From IMG/VR virus record IMGVR_UViG_3300027734_000042: a stretch of 64,000 bases of DNA. One strand, given 5' to 3'. A program made the position numbers and the translations under genes. Origin of the DNA: a virus. The notes under the pieces are model-generated. The model saw only the letters and a list, made by a program, of their open reading frames with translations, was not told where the DNA came from and made no database searches. This document shows, in pieces, positions 46,590-57,956 of this stretch (positions are counted from its first letter, which is position 1; each line of letters starts with the position of its first letter).

Positions 46590-48773
46590 ATGGCAAAAAC
46601 ACCTTTCATAAGACCTATAGCAGTACAAGGGGGTACATTTTATACCTTCTCCTCTGCTGCAGAGGATCTAACTTTAACTTTTAATAATTCATTAAAGAAG
46701 TTTACTTTCTCTAAGTATGCTCTTTTAAAGTTACCAGAGTTTGGTAGTCCAACTTATGGGGAGAATACTTTACAATTTAATGCCATAGATACAACTTTTA
46801 TTGATGCTGCAGATGGTAACTTTGTTCTATCTAATCCTAATAATTTAAGTCCTTCTCCTGAAATATCATTTCAGAACTATTGTTTAAACTTAGAATCTAC
46901 GATAATCTCCGATCCTAATTATAATCCGGAGTTAAAAAGAAATGTATCCGAAAGGGTATTTTGGAAATGGGTAAAAGAATTAGGAGGGGTTCGTTATAGA
47001 TCAGCAAATACAAATGAAGTTGTTGCATCTTTAAATCAAACTAACACAACAACAGTTGATGGATATCCTTTTTCTAACAAAAGATGGGTAGAGGAAGATA
47101 CATTATTATCAGGTAACGGAACACCTACGCCAAGATATGAAAGAATAGTACAATATGTAGGTGACATAGACGTTGTTAACTCTGTACAGAATCAAGCTAA
47201 TGCTTATTCTGAAGTTTATATACACGTACCAACTTCTGACGGAGCAACACCTTATGTTTTATTTAAAACTATTGCTGACGAGAATTATTACCCAGACAGA
47301 ACTTGGACACACAATCCTCCTGATCCTACAGATACTGAATATATTCAAGGAAGAGACTCAGCAAGCGGTTTATATGGACCTAACGGTCTTCCTAAACTTG
47401 CTATTTTTGATCAGGACGTTTTAGGAGAACCTGGGGTTAGCGGAACTTCTGCTACAGGTTCTTTTAGTAATAACTGGTATTCACCAAGAGACGAAGCTAA
47501 TTCTTACTTTAGTGATCCTTCTTTCTTTGATTCAACTAATTATGAATTAGAAAAATATATCGCTGCTTCAGGTCCTTCTGGATATTCGGTAACTTATAAA
47601 AGAAGTAACCTAGACGGTATTCAAATAGATTTTGAGCCAGGATCATATAAGGCTATCCAAAATTATGTTGGTATATCAACTATAGAAGAGTGGAACGGTA
47701 CACCTACCACTACTTCATTTGATTTTAATGCAGTACTTGTTTATTACAATGTTTACGATCCTAATAACCCTACAGATTATGAAACTAATCTATATGGTAT
47801 TTTATTCTTAAATGATCCTGAACCGGTATCTACAAATGCTGCTAAATTACCTTCATTTAAGAAATTTAAACCTGATCCTATTACTAAACTAAATGGTAAT
47901 TCGTATGGTTTTAAAATAAATCTAAAGTTTGACACTGACGTAGAAAGCACAGGAGTAGAACAGGCTATTAACGACTATTCATCTTTCTCTCTTTCTATAT
48001 TCATGGATGCGGCAACAGTTTTACAAGATGCTGCTAAAAACTTAAACGATAGAACTTTGGAGATTATAAATCTTCAAAATCAGATAAATGCCTTAACCGA
48101 TCTTGTTATTAATACTGAAGATAGCTCAGAAATAAAAGCAAGATTAACAGTGGTTGAAGATTCTTTACAAGCTAACCAGGCTTTATTTGATAACACACAA
48201 GATATTCTAAGTCTAATCGAAAAAAATAGTGACGACATCAGCGATATCTTACAGAATCAAACATCAGTTCAAATGTCTTACAACCTTGATCTTTTAAAAG
48301 ACGGGGACGGTACAGCTGTTGATAGAAATACTCCTAATATTTTAAGAGTAGACGTAACTCAACAAGATTATAATATAGCTCAAAATTCGGTATTTACTAT
48401 AAATCCAGTTGCTGGAAATACTATATCTCTTGTACTTTATACTAATTACTTAAAGCACAAGAACAACGGTATTTCTATTACTGCTAATAATGATATAGTT
48501 ATTAAAATCGATGACAGCTTAAATAAATGGAAAAAAGGACAGGTTCTAAGATTAGTTATAGGTGATGATATAGATCTAGGAAATTATTCACTCGTAGTAT
48601 TAACTGATGCTCTTGGTGTATATCCTAAGGGAACTCCTTCAGGCGTACCATATTCAACTGTAGTTGCTGGGTTTGTTAATTCTCAATTCTCTAGTTCTTC
48701 GTATAAACCTATCTTTGATATAGTTTGTATCGATGATGTCAATTTAACTTTCGAGGTAGACCAAATAAAATAA
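46590..48773 (+). CDS. putative virion structural protein with coiled-coil
   Basis: 727 aa in late operon; heptad region LNDRTLEIINLQNQINALTDL. Confidence 0.6.
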   Translation: MAKTPFIRPIAVQGGTFYTFSSAAEDLTLTFNNSLKKFTFSKYALLKLPEFGSPTYGENTLQFNAIDTTFIDAADGNFVLSNPNNLSPSPEISFQNYCLNLESTIISDPNYNPELKRNVSERVFWKWVKELGGVRYRSANTNEVVASLNQTNTTTVDGYPFSNKRWVEEDTLLSGNGTPTPRYERIVQYVGDIDVVNSVQNQANAYSEVYIHVPTSDGATPYVLFKTIADENYYPDRTWTHNPPDPTDTEYIQGRDSASGLYGPNGLPKLAIFDQDVLGEPGVSGTSATGSFSNNWYSPRDEANSYFSDPSFFDSTNYELEKYIAASGPSGYSVTYKRSNLDGIQIDFEPGSYKAIQNYVGISTIEEWNGTPTTTSFDFNAVLVYYNVYDPNNPTDYETNLYGILFLNDPEPVSTNAAKLPSFKKFKPDPITKLNGNSYGFKINLKFDTDVESTGVEQAINDYSSFSLSIFMDAATVLQDAAKNLNDRTLEIINLQNQINALTDLVINTEDSSEIKARLTVVEDSLQANQALFDNTQDILSLIEKNSDDISDILQNQTSVQMSYNLDLLKDGDGTAVDRNTPNILRVDVTQQDYNIAQNSVFTINPVAGNTISLVLYTNYLKHKNNGISITANNDIVIKIDDSLNKWKKGQVLRLVIGDDIDLGNYSLVVLTDALGVYPKGTPSGVPYSTVVAGFVNSQFSSSSYKPIFDIVCIDDVNLTFEVDQIK

Positions 48774-48779
48774 GATAAA

Positions 48780-51700
48780 ATGTCAGGTACAAAAAATTCA
48801 TTCTCATCATTAATAGCTCAATTTCTAAGAATTCAAAAGAATTCTATGGAGATAGTTAATAAGCTAAATGAGGTAACGACATCTTCTAAAGATTCGGTAG
48901 AGATAGAATTCTTAATGGACGATAACACGTCACAAAACATTCAGGTTCCTTCTTACGGATTTTTAAAATCTGAGATAAATCGCTTAGATCAAAATGTTCA
49001 GGCATTATCTGGTCTAGAGAACAACACAGCAAATATTAGAAAGCCGGACGGTACAGTTGCTAAGATTTATCAAGCAACAGTCCTAAAAGACCCTACCTCC
49101 CCTACAAGCTTACAAGTTCCAGCAACTTTCCAAGCTAGAAATAACTGGTTTTTCGAATCTTTTTTAAATCCTTTACTTTATATCTCTATTGATGTTGAAA
49201 ATCAAATACCTGTTAATTCGGAGAAAGTTTTCGTTAAAAGAATAATTGCAAATACACAATCCACCGTACAAAAACAGTATTTTGATAATAATTTAAAAGG
49301 AAGAAACGATTTAACAGATACTGACTTTATATCAGCTTTACAAAGCCAAGGCATACAATACTTTACTGATGAGCAAATAAATGATTTAGAGCTAAGAACA
49401 ATACGTTATACTGGATCATTCGGGGTTATAAGAATATTTGACGAGGAAACACAAACTACTCAAAATGGTATTACCTCAACAAATACTGTAAGAAAGTATA
49501 AATTAAATGGTTTAAGATATACAGACACGCTATCTAATACAACCAATTCAAGAACTCTTACGAAAGGTGATACTTTAATTACTCCTGGGGGTACTAAGTA
49601 TGAGATTAGTTCAATTGATACTACTTCTCAAACCGTGGTATTAAAAAGATTATTTGGGTTTGATGCTATACAAATAGGGAACAACTCGTTAACAATTTAT
49701 TCTAACGTATTATCTGATAGAGCTGTTGATGTTAATGTTGGGTATGACGAAAGGGAAGCTATTTTTATTAAATCTATTGATGCTAATTTTAATGTAGCTT
49801 CTAGTAGCTATAGTCCGGGAGTTTGCTTCTGGTCTAACGAATTACAGATAAACACATCAGATGGTGTTAAAAATCTAGATTCTTTTTATAAATCTCAGGT
49901 TTCTGATTTTGGTAAAATATTTATAGCTTCTGCAAAAGAAAATGTAATACCAGCAGTTTACGGACAAACACCAAGTGCTCCTTCTGTTTCTGCAACAAAC
50001 TTTAAAGTAATTAAGATTAATTCTCAAATTACAGATTCTAAAGAAAACGTAGAATTTAAGAACAAGATACAAGTTAAGACATCGCTTAAAAATGAGATAG
50101 GATCAATCGATAAAGCCATCGATCAAACTAGAAAACAGCTTAACGAATTAACTACTAAATCTACTGCTAAAACTCCCACTGCCGAGTTTAAAAAACTAAA
50201 TGATAAGTTAGTATCACTGACAAAAGATAAATCGAATAGGACTGATCTTTTGTCTACTACGATCACTGATATCAATAATCTTACTGTAACAACTCCTGAA
50301 TTAACGAGAGCTCCTGTTTATAGAGTTAGAGGATTTTGGCCTATACCTGAACCAATTGTTGATGCTAAAACAGGAGAACAAAATATTGTACAATTTAATG
50401 TTAGATATAGATATCTTTCATTAACTGGTAATTCTAACGGAACAACTCAAATAGATTATATCGACAATGACGGTGTTCAAAAAACTGGTCAATTTACAAA
50501 CTGGACTCAATTTGTATCGGATTTAAGAAAAAAAGTGTATGATCCTAATACAGGTACTTACATTTGGAAAGTGGAGGATGTTAGTGATGCCAATACGGTT
50601 AATATTAACCAATTAGATATACCGATTACAAAAGGAGAAAAAGTAGAGATTCAGGTTCAATCTATTTCTGAAGCTGGATGGCCAACTAATCCTCTAACAT
50701 CTGCATGGTCAACCTCTGCAGTTGTAGAATTCCCTTCTGATTTAAGTGTACAAATTGATAACACCGCTTATATTAGTCAAAACGAATCAGATAAAGCTTT
50801 AGTTCAAATTCAGACGGATCTACAAGCGAAAGGATTAGATCAGCATTTATCTACCTCATTTACTTCAGGAGACAAATACTATGCTCACAATACTTCTGTT
50901 ATAGCATCCGGATTTTTTGATGCTACTGGGACTGCTATAGATCTTTTCCAGAAATTAACTCAGATTGATAATGAATTACAATCATTAAGAGCATTAATTG
51001 CAAAAGCAAAAGGAACTTTAGGAGTTTATATCAGAAGCGGAAGCACAACAAACAAGATAAATCCAGGAAGTACAGTAAATCTTTTTGGAGGATATTACGA
51101 TCAGCTTATAGATTTATCAAATCCTAGTAACCAAGGTAAGATTGCTACTGTTATTTATTACTTAGAACTAAGAAACGAAGCAGCAACTCCTTTAGAGCTT
51201 TCATCTTTGATAGCTGGGGGACAGGCAGTTAAAGCACCTACTACAATTTCGGGATTAGCAGATTACAACAATAACAGAAAATATGGAGATACTCCAATAC
51301 AGTTATCTGGTATAACTAATGCTGCAGTCCCTGTCGGAACACCTGCTACCCCTGGGTCTTTTATACAAGCATCAGGATATCAAAGTGCAAACGCATATTC
51401 ACAATTTATTTATCCAAGATACAAAAGTGTAGGACTTGACGAGGATTTATATTTTAATCCTTTAACAAGTGGTACTGGATGGAATATTTCTGACGGATCT
51501 GCTGTAAGTGGTACTAATTATCCTATAAATGAAGATGGTATTATTATGCCTTTTAACCCCGCAACAACTACTGTTACGGGAGCAGGACCTAATACTAACA
51601 TATGGGCAGGAACTTATACAACATTTACTCCGGATGGTAATGGTAATCTTAACGAATTCTGTATACACATTTCACATCCGGATATAAATGACGCTCTTGG

Positions 51701-52295
51701 TAATACATTTACTACATTAGAAAGACCGAGTGTTACTTCAGGGGGTCCTATGGACTATCCTTCATTTAGACATGCTTTAGGATTTGAAGTTGATTCATCT
51801 ATAACATCTTCTGTTAACACTAGTGGACAGACTCTTTCCACTCAGCAGCTGAAATATTATGCACCAAGCTCTACTAGTTCTTTTGGTGTTGATGATAATG
51901 CCTATCCTAATAAATTAGGATTTATAGATTCTGATGAGTATTTATGCGGTAAATATTCATGTGGATCTTATCTTTTCGTATCGCCTACAGACCATTCTGC
52001 TATACAAATAGAAGGTTCAACACAGCTTGCTAAAAAGACTTTGAATTTCGGACAAGAAAATGCGATTACTGTTCCTTTGATTTTCCAAATGAGAGCTCAA
52101 GATAAACTTGGCTACATTGGGGGATGGAGATCAGCAGGTAATCTTAAGAATATTACTTACAGTAAAAAAGTGGGAATAGATATACAGGTTAAGAATGAAG
52201 ATCTATTTTCATTTGATGTCCTTGTATCAGGAAGTTATACTAAAACATCTTTAGTTTCTCCTGCTTATTCGCAGACTGTAATAACTAACAAGTAA
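48780..52295 (+). CDS. putative virion structural protein
   Basis: 1171 aa; coiled-coil segments, Fn3/Ig-like stretch (YRVRGFW...VEIQVQSISEAGWP). Confidence 0.6.
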   Translation: MSGTKNSFSSLIAQFLRIQKNSMEIVNKLNEVTTSSKDSVEIEFLMDDNTSQNIQVPSYGFLKSEINRLDQNVQALSGLENNTANIRKPDGTVAKIYQATVLKDPTSPTSLQVPATFQARNNWFFESFLNPLLYISIDVENQIPVNSEKVFVKRIIANTQSTVQKQYFDNNLKGRNDLTDTDFISALQSQGIQYFTDEQINDLELRTIRYTGSFGVIRIFDEETQTTQNGITSTNTVRKYKLNGLRYTDTLSNTTNSRTLTKGDTLITPGGTKYEISSIDTTSQTVVLKRLFGFDAIQIGNNSLTIYSNVLSDRAVDVNVGYDEREAIFIKSIDANFNVASSSYSPGVCFWSNELQINTSDGVKNLDSFYKSQVSDFGKIFIASAKENVIPAVYGQTPSAPSVSATNFKVIKINSQITDSKENVEFKNKIQVKTSLKNEIGSIDKAIDQTRKQLNELTTKSTAKTPTAEFKKLNDKLVSLTKDKSNRTDLLSTTITDINNLTVTTPELTRAPVYRVRGFWPIPEPIVDAKTGEQNIVQFNVRYRYLSLTGNSNGTTQIDYIDNDGVQKTGQFTNWTQFVSDLRKKVYDPNTGTYIWKVEDVSDANTVNINQLDIPITKGEKVEIQVQSISEAGWPTNPLTSAWSTSAVVEFPSDLSVQIDNTAYISQNESDKALVQIQTDLQAKGLDQHLSTSFTSGDKYYAHNTSVIASGFFDATGTAIDLFQKLTQIDNELQSLRALIAKAKGTLGVYIRSGSTTNKINPGSTVNLFGGYYDQLIDLSNPSNQGKIATVIYYLELRNEAATPLELSSLIAGGQAVKAPTTISGLADYNNNRKYGDTPIQLSGITNAAVPVGTPATPGSFIQASGYQSANAYSQFIYPRYKSVGLDEDLYFNPLTSGTGWNISDGSAVSGTNYPINEDGIIMPFNPATTTVTGAGPNTNIWAGTYTTFTPDGNGNLNEFCIHISHPDINDALGNTFTTLERPSVTSGGPMDYPSFRHALGFEVDSSITSSVNTSGQTLSTQQLKYYAPSSTSSFGVDDNAYPNKLGFIDSDEYLCGKYSCGSYLFVSPTDHSAIQIEGSTQLAKKTLNFGQENAITVPLIFQMRAQDKLGYIGGWRSAGNLKNITYSKKVGIDIQVKNEDLFSFDVLVSGSYTKTSLVSPAYSQTVITNK

Positions 52296-52304
52296 AATTG
52301 AAAA

Positions 52305-55300
52305 TTGGCAAGGAAGATAATAAAACAAACAGCTTCTTTTGGAGTCCTGAGAGCAAACCCAAGAATATCTGGGAATGTAAAAATTACAGTAGATTCTAAT
52401 AGCGATATATGGTTAAATTCCATAGATTCTAATCCGGAAATGTCAAATCGTGCCTATAAGGCATTTAGAATTACAACCGAATCAACTTTTGATAAAGATT
52501 TATATAATTTCTTTAATAAAGGTAAAACACCTCCTCAATTTGTTTTTGGGCTAGTCGGAGAAGATTCCCCTGTACAGAATCAGTTAAACGATCTTTCGTC
52601 AGTTTATAATTTTACTTATAGCTCTGGAGTTAGTCCTTTAATATCTGATAGTTATCCTGAGGATTTTTCCTACCTTTCACCACTGTGGCTAGGTAACGAT
52701 CTTCCTGATTATTTTGTAATATTCAAAGTTAATGATCCTATAGATTACTCGTACCAGGTGCCAGTAACAATATTGGAAGTTGGTAAAAATTATAAAGTAC
52801 TACAGGATCCAGCAGTTAATGTTAATTCTGTAGGATATACTCCCTATCAAGTGTCTAGTGGATCTTCTACTTATACAGACGGACAAGTTTTTACCGCTAC
52901 AGTAACGACGTTTAATATTTTACAAGGTCAAGGATCAGTTATATTGCTTGATCCTTTATATAATTTATCAAACGTAGAGAATTCTTCTGATCATTTCTAC
53001 GATAAAATATTACCAAAATCAACAGCAGTTGCAACTTTCGATTTAACAGAAAATTCTAATATAGGTAAGTATTTAAGAAAAATAAAAAATGCCTCAGGAT
53101 TTAGTGAAAGCTTAATCGATGTTAGATTTGAGGAGGGACAGCTTACAACATTTAATGGGGTAAATTATCAATATGGGGTTTTTGATAAAAAAGGGGATTA
53201 CCTTTTAGACTATTATCAAAATCCAGAAACACAGATAGCTTTTGAAGATTTTATAACTAATGGATTTAGATCTAATGGTATAATAAGCTGTAAATTACTA
53301 AATCTCGAATTTCTATTTAGTGACGTAGAGGCTAAAGATTATACAATCAATAGATACTTTGGTCTTTATGTCAATGCTGCTGAAATGGCTAGCTTTAAAC
53401 TTGATGGAGATGCTCTATATAAAAGCTCAGGGAATTCTGGTAATACACCAGTACCTCAAAGAAATGATAAGGGATATTTTTATCAAGATACTAAATACTA
53501 CCAATACAACGATAACGGTGTTAGACTTTACACGGATCCTAACTATATCTCAGGTGTTTTACCTAGCTCTTATGATGTAAATGTTTTAGAATCAACTAAA
53601 TTATTTTGGATAAAGGATAAAAATGGAGACTTCCATTCTTTAAAAAGATCTGATAGCTATTCTGTATCCCCTCAATCTAATGGAGCAGATTACGGATTAA
53701 ATGGCACTGAAAATGAAATAGTTATACAGGATACTGCTATAGACATTTCTCTTCTTACCGGGAAAGACGACGACACAAAGAAACAATACATAGGGGCAAC
53801 TACTGGAGATAAAGGTAGAGGATATTCAGTAATAAGAATAGGAAAAAGCTTAGTTTCGAGTTACGAAGATTGTTTTGTTTTCTATAATCCATTAGGATTT
53901 TATGGTAATCCTGGCGGTAAATATGACTTAATAAAGGCATCCGATTTATCTTCTGTTGTAGATGAATGGGTACCTGGCAGCTATTATTCTCAGGACGGAG
54001 CTTATTATTATAATCCAGATGGTACACCAGAGGATGTAGCTAAATCTTTAGCAGGTGTATTTAATAGTTTTAACTACAATTCGTTTGAAGCTTTTAATAG
54101 CGGTGATGAGCTAGTAATAAGAACAAGAGCGACAGGAACACAAGAAAATACTAAATACTATTTTGACTTTTTTCAAGATTTTACTAATTCTCAAAGAATG
54201 CCTAACTCAAGGAGAGGAATAGTTTTTATTAATGAAAAAGATGTATGTGATATAAACAAAAGACAATCTTTCTTAGGTGGATCTAATTATTCTAATACAA
54301 GAGTTAAAGTAAAAATAGAAGACGCAAACAAAATAGAGGTTGGTAAAACTTTTATTGAGACTGTAAGAAATACTTCAACAGATACTTATAGTGGACTTCC
54401 AGAATATTCAAATAAGTCAGCATCTGTAGTAGTAGGAAAATATAGATTTATAGATCAGTATGCAAAAGATGAGAATGGAACAATTATAGGACTTAAGGAT
54501 TTTGAAACCCATGCTACTTTAGAAATTGCTAATTTTACTGAAAGTATTTCGTTTGGCTCTTCAAGTAAGATATCAGCCTTTAATACATTTGATGTTAAAT
54601 TAGGTATTTTCTCTTTCTATGGATTAAGAGAACTTGATATGGACTTCTGGTCTAGCCAATATGGTTATACCCCAACACAAGAATATTATAAATATTTAGA
54701 TATTCAGCCAGAGGGAGTTACTAAAATAATCCCAGGGAAATCTTACTTTGTTTCTTCTGGTGCAGAAATATCCTATGATATTTATAGCTCAATATCAGGA
54801 CCTACTTTTTTTGAAGGTGTTGCTGGTGCTGATTCATATACACTTATAACTTCATCAACTGGAGCTGAATCTAATGTTTTTCCTACGCTGAATTCTAGAG
54901 GTAATATCACATCAGGAGTAACAGTTTCTAATTTTGATAATGCTTTCTATCCTGACCTAGATGCTTTCCCTGGATTTTACGGAATACAAGCTCTTAAATT
55001 TATTAATAATCAAATAGGCATAGATACAAAATATCAGCAGTTAAATTTTGGTAAACTTGATTCAGAGTATGATTACACTCAAGATAATTATAATCCAGAT
55101 TATGCTATAAATAGTAGAGTAAGTCCATATATTACTAAATGGGTTTACAGAGGGGGAACAGATATTAGAGGTAATGGATATAGACTAAACTCAAACGTGG
55201 CTTTTAGTCCTCTTAATTTTTCTCCTAGCTTTTTTAGAAGAACTCAAGATCCTCAGTATTTTACTCACGAATGGTATCAATTACAAAAGCCACCTTACTC

Positions 55301-57914
55301 TTTACCTGAGGAAAATTTACATAAAGATAAAAGCTATTTAGCGGGTGAAATAAATCTAAATAACATCTATGACGGTAATCCCTCATTGAAAGATTATTTC
55401 TTGGATTACTTTTCTATAGAAGGAGAGGACTTTGTTAATTACTATACAGGTAGTACTACTATAGAAAATATAGATCTAACGGAGAGATATACAGTTTTTA
55501 ATTTTAATTCAGGGAATGGCTTTTCCGAAACAATATTTAGAGGAGCTAAAGCTAGAATAAAAAGAACTTTTACTGATTATGCACAAGGTGAATCTATAAA
55601 ATATGTGAACGATGATAGATTTTATGAAAACTATAAATTCTCATGTGTTATTATACCTGTTGAAAACATAAAGAACGAAATACAAGCTCCTATTAAAATA
55701 GAGATAGTAGAGAATCGTACTTTTAAAAATATAACATTTGTAGTTAAGGTACTCATAGATGATATGAGAGCTTTAAATTTTGAAGAGATTAGTCCGGATA
55801 AACAATATCTTGATCTCGATTATTTTTTACTATATTCTTTAAAAGATAAATTAGATAAACAATTATCACCAATAGCATCATCACCATCGTGGCTTCCTAG
55901 CTCTTTCATAGAATTACCTAAGGTTGGTGATATTAAATTATCTTCAGCATTAAATGTTACATCTGTACCTAATCAGCAGGGATTATTCTCTGCTGTAAAT
56001 AATAGTACTGCTGGGCAGCAAGGAATAATATATTCTATAAATAACGCGGAATACGAATCAGATTTAAGAGATGAAATTAATTTTACATATCTTCCTTCTG
56101 CTGTTCCTACCTCTGGTAGTTCTATAGGTCCTGGATCTTTTTATGGATTAGTAGGGGTTACGGGTACAACTGGAGGATACACATTACCATTCCCTACTGG
56201 AGTAGGCCAGAATTTTATAAACTTTACTAACACAGATACATTCTACTTCTTTAATTTTAATGACATAGGATTGCCTGGACCTTTAAATGTACCTACTCTT
56301 GCTAATTATAATACTGTTTCTAATGTACCTGTATATCAAAGAGAAGGCGGAAAAGGATATTGGAGTAAGATACTGGAAAAAATATCTTTCGCTAATTTAT
56401 CATATTGGGTAAATACAGGATATCCTTACATAGAATATAAATCCTATGTTTGGAACGAAACTACTAAGACCACTGATTTATTAAATGATCAGTTTGTTAT
56501 TGAATTTTTACAGCCATCTGCTTTTGAGCAAAATACTATATTAGTAACGGATGAGGTAAAAAATAAGCCTCAAGAATTTTCAGGATCTAATGTGGGATAC
56601 AGTGTTTCTGAAGTTGCTGGTCAAACAGAACTTTATAGATATAGTGGAGAATATGTTCCTAGCTTTAGAGAGATACTAAAATTTGAAAATGTCAAATATG
56701 ACGGACCTTTATGGACTGTACCTGATTACTATACTTTCGTTGTTAAAGTAGTAGATAAGCAGGTATCTTCTATTAATTATGATCTAGGATCAACACATTG
56801 TTATGAGATAAACGGGGTAATACAAAATAAAATAACTCTAGTAAAAGGAATAACATATTATTTTAATCTTAGTGATTCATCTAATTTAGGTAATCAAATA
56901 TACTTCTCAGAAAGCAATATAGGAGATAACCTTTCAAATGATGGAATTACACAGGGATATACTCTTTTTGGAACTCCTGGAACTCCTGGATCATATGTTC
57001 AGTTTGACGTTCCTTATGATTTACCATCTACTGTTTATTATGTTTCTAATGGAGACAAATACATGGGTAATGCTATTAAGTCTATAGATCCTATAGAATA
57101 TTCTTACTGTTCATTTGGGCCTTATAGGGATGGCTTTGGTAAGGTTAAAAATGTAAACTATTATAAATATTCAAATCAATGGATATACGGGATAGGAAAG
57201 AATTCTCCTTACAATCCAATTTATAACTTAATAAATGAAACTCCGGTAGACAAGAGGGATCTTTCTTTATTTGAAAGCTCTTGGGACCCAGGATTTTATA
57301 GACAATACACTTCACCTTCGGCATATACGAGTTTGCCCGGAACTAGAAGTATGAAAGAAGAAAAATCTTTCTTTGGAAGTAAAGTAATGCAAACCCCTGA
57401 TACTATAAATTCTCAAAAGCAGATAGTTTACCCTAATTCTTTAAAGGATGTTCTAGATCTTAATTACAACAATTATCCTAACTATGAGATATTATGGGAA
57501 AATACTCCTACTGAAATTAAAGGGGTTTTGTTAATGGATAGGATGATAACTAGATATTTCCTTGAAAACGGAGGTAAACAAACTTTCGATGAATTTATAA
57601 TACCTGAATTTGGATTTGGTTCATTAACAGATGTTAACGATGACTTTACTGAATATATGAGGTTAAATGTTATTCCTATATTCCAATCTAAGAATAACGG
57701 ATCATATCTAAAGAAAGTCCCAGTAGCAAATCCTGCATCGCTTACTCCAATAGAAGGTAATTTACAAGATTACCAAAAATTAATAAATGGATATTACCCT
57801 TCACAAGATATTAGATACACCAAAGTAAATGAGCTAAGATATGAATTTAGGATTCCTAAGGATCCTTCTTTCAATTATTCCTTAGCATTTTCTATACAAA
57901 TAGGAAAAATTTAA
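52305..57914 (+). CDS. very large (1869 aa) putative virion structural protein
   Basis: TTG start; beta-rich; contains a T4-like fibre accessory domain near 56799-57077. Confidence 0.6.
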   Translation: MARKIIKQTASFGVLRANPRISGNVKITVDSNSDIWLNSIDSNPEMSNRAYKAFRITTESTFDKDLYNFFNKGKTPPQFVFGLVGEDSPVQNQLNDLSSVYNFTYSSGVSPLISDSYPEDFSYLSPLWLGNDLPDYFVIFKVNDPIDYSYQVPVTILEVGKNYKVLQDPAVNVNSVGYTPYQVSSGSSTYTDGQVFTATVTTFNILQGQGSVILLDPLYNLSNVENSSDHFYDKILPKSTAVATFDLTENSNIGKYLRKIKNASGFSESLIDVRFEEGQLTTFNGVNYQYGVFDKKGDYLLDYYQNPETQIAFEDFITNGFRSNGIISCKLLNLEFLFSDVEAKDYTINRYFGLYVNAAEMASFKLDGDALYKSSGNSGNTPVPQRNDKGYFYQDTKYYQYNDNGVRLYTDPNYISGVLPSSYDVNVLESTKLFWIKDKNGDFHSLKRSDSYSVSPQSNGADYGLNGTENEIVIQDTAIDISLLTGKDDDTKKQYIGATTGDKGRGYSVIRIGKSLVSSYEDCFVFYNPLGFYGNPGGKYDLIKASDLSSVVDEWVPGSYYSQDGAYYYNPDGTPEDVAKSLAGVFNSFNYNSFEAFNSGDELVIRTRATGTQENTKYYFDFFQDFTNSQRMPNSRRGIVFINEKDVCDINKRQSFLGGSNYSNTRVKVKIEDANKIEVGKTFIETVRNTSTDTYSGLPEYSNKSASVVVGKYRFIDQYAKDENGTIIGLKDFETHATLEIANFTESISFGSSSKISAFNTFDVKLGIFSFYGLRELDMDFWSSQYGYTPTQEYYKYLDIQPEGVTKIIPGKSYFVSSGAEISYDIYSSISGPTFFEGVAGADSYTLITSSTGAESNVFPTLNSRGNITSGVTVSNFDNAFYPDLDAFPGFYGIQALKFINNQIGIDTKYQQLNFGKLDSEYDYTQDNYNPDYAINSRVSPYITKWVYRGGTDIRGNGYRLNSNVAFSPLNFSPSFFRRTQDPQYFTHEWYQLQKPPYSLPEENLHKDKSYLAGEINLNNIYDGNPSLKDYFLDYFSIEGEDFVNYYTGSTTIENIDLTERYTVFNFNSGNGFSETIFRGAKARIKRTFTDYAQGESIKYVNDDRFYENYKFSCVIIPVENIKNEIQAPIKIEIVENRTFKNITFVVKVLIDDMRALNFEEISPDKQYLDLDYFLLYSLKDKLDKQLSPIASSPSWLPSSFIELPKVGDIKLSSALNVTSVPNQQGLFSAVNNSTAGQQGIIYSINNAEYESDLRDEINFTYLPSAVPTSGSSIGPGSFYGLVGVTGTTGGYTLPFPTGVGQNFINFTNTDTFYFFNFNDIGLPGPLNVPTLANYNTVSNVPVYQREGGKGYWSKILEKISFANLSYWVNTGYPYIEYKSYVWNETTKTTDLLNDQFVIEFLQPSAFEQNTILVTDEVKNKPQEFSGSNVGYSVSEVAGQTELYRYSGEYVPSFREILKFENVKYDGPLWTVPDYYTFVVKVVDKQVSSINYDLGSTHCYEINGVIQNKITLVKGITYYFNLSDSSNLGNQIYFSESNIGDNLSNDGITQGYTLFGTPGTPGSYVQFDVPYDLPSTVYYVSNGDKYMGNAIKSIDPIEYSYCSFGPYRDGFGKVKNVNYYKYSNQWIYGIGKNSPYNPIYNLINETPVDKRDLSLFESSWDPGFYRQYTSPSAYTSLPGTRSMKEEKSFFGSKVMQTPDTINSQKQIVYPNSLKDVLDLNYNNYPNYEILWENTPTEIKGVLLMDRMITRYFLENGGKQTFDEFIIPEFGFGSLTDVNDDFTEYMRLNVIPIFQSKNNGSYLKKVPVANPASLTPIEGNLQDYQKLINGYYPSQDIRYTKVNELRYEFRIPKDPSFNYSLAFSIQIGKI

Positions 57915-57930
57915 TGAGGAGTGAATTTTT

Positions 57931-57941
57931 GATATATAATA
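57931..57941 (+). promoter_or_regulatory. putative late promoter GATATATAATA
   Basis: 15 nt upstream of tail-fibre ATG. Confidence 0.55.
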
Positions 57942-57956
57942 GAACTATAACTAGAG

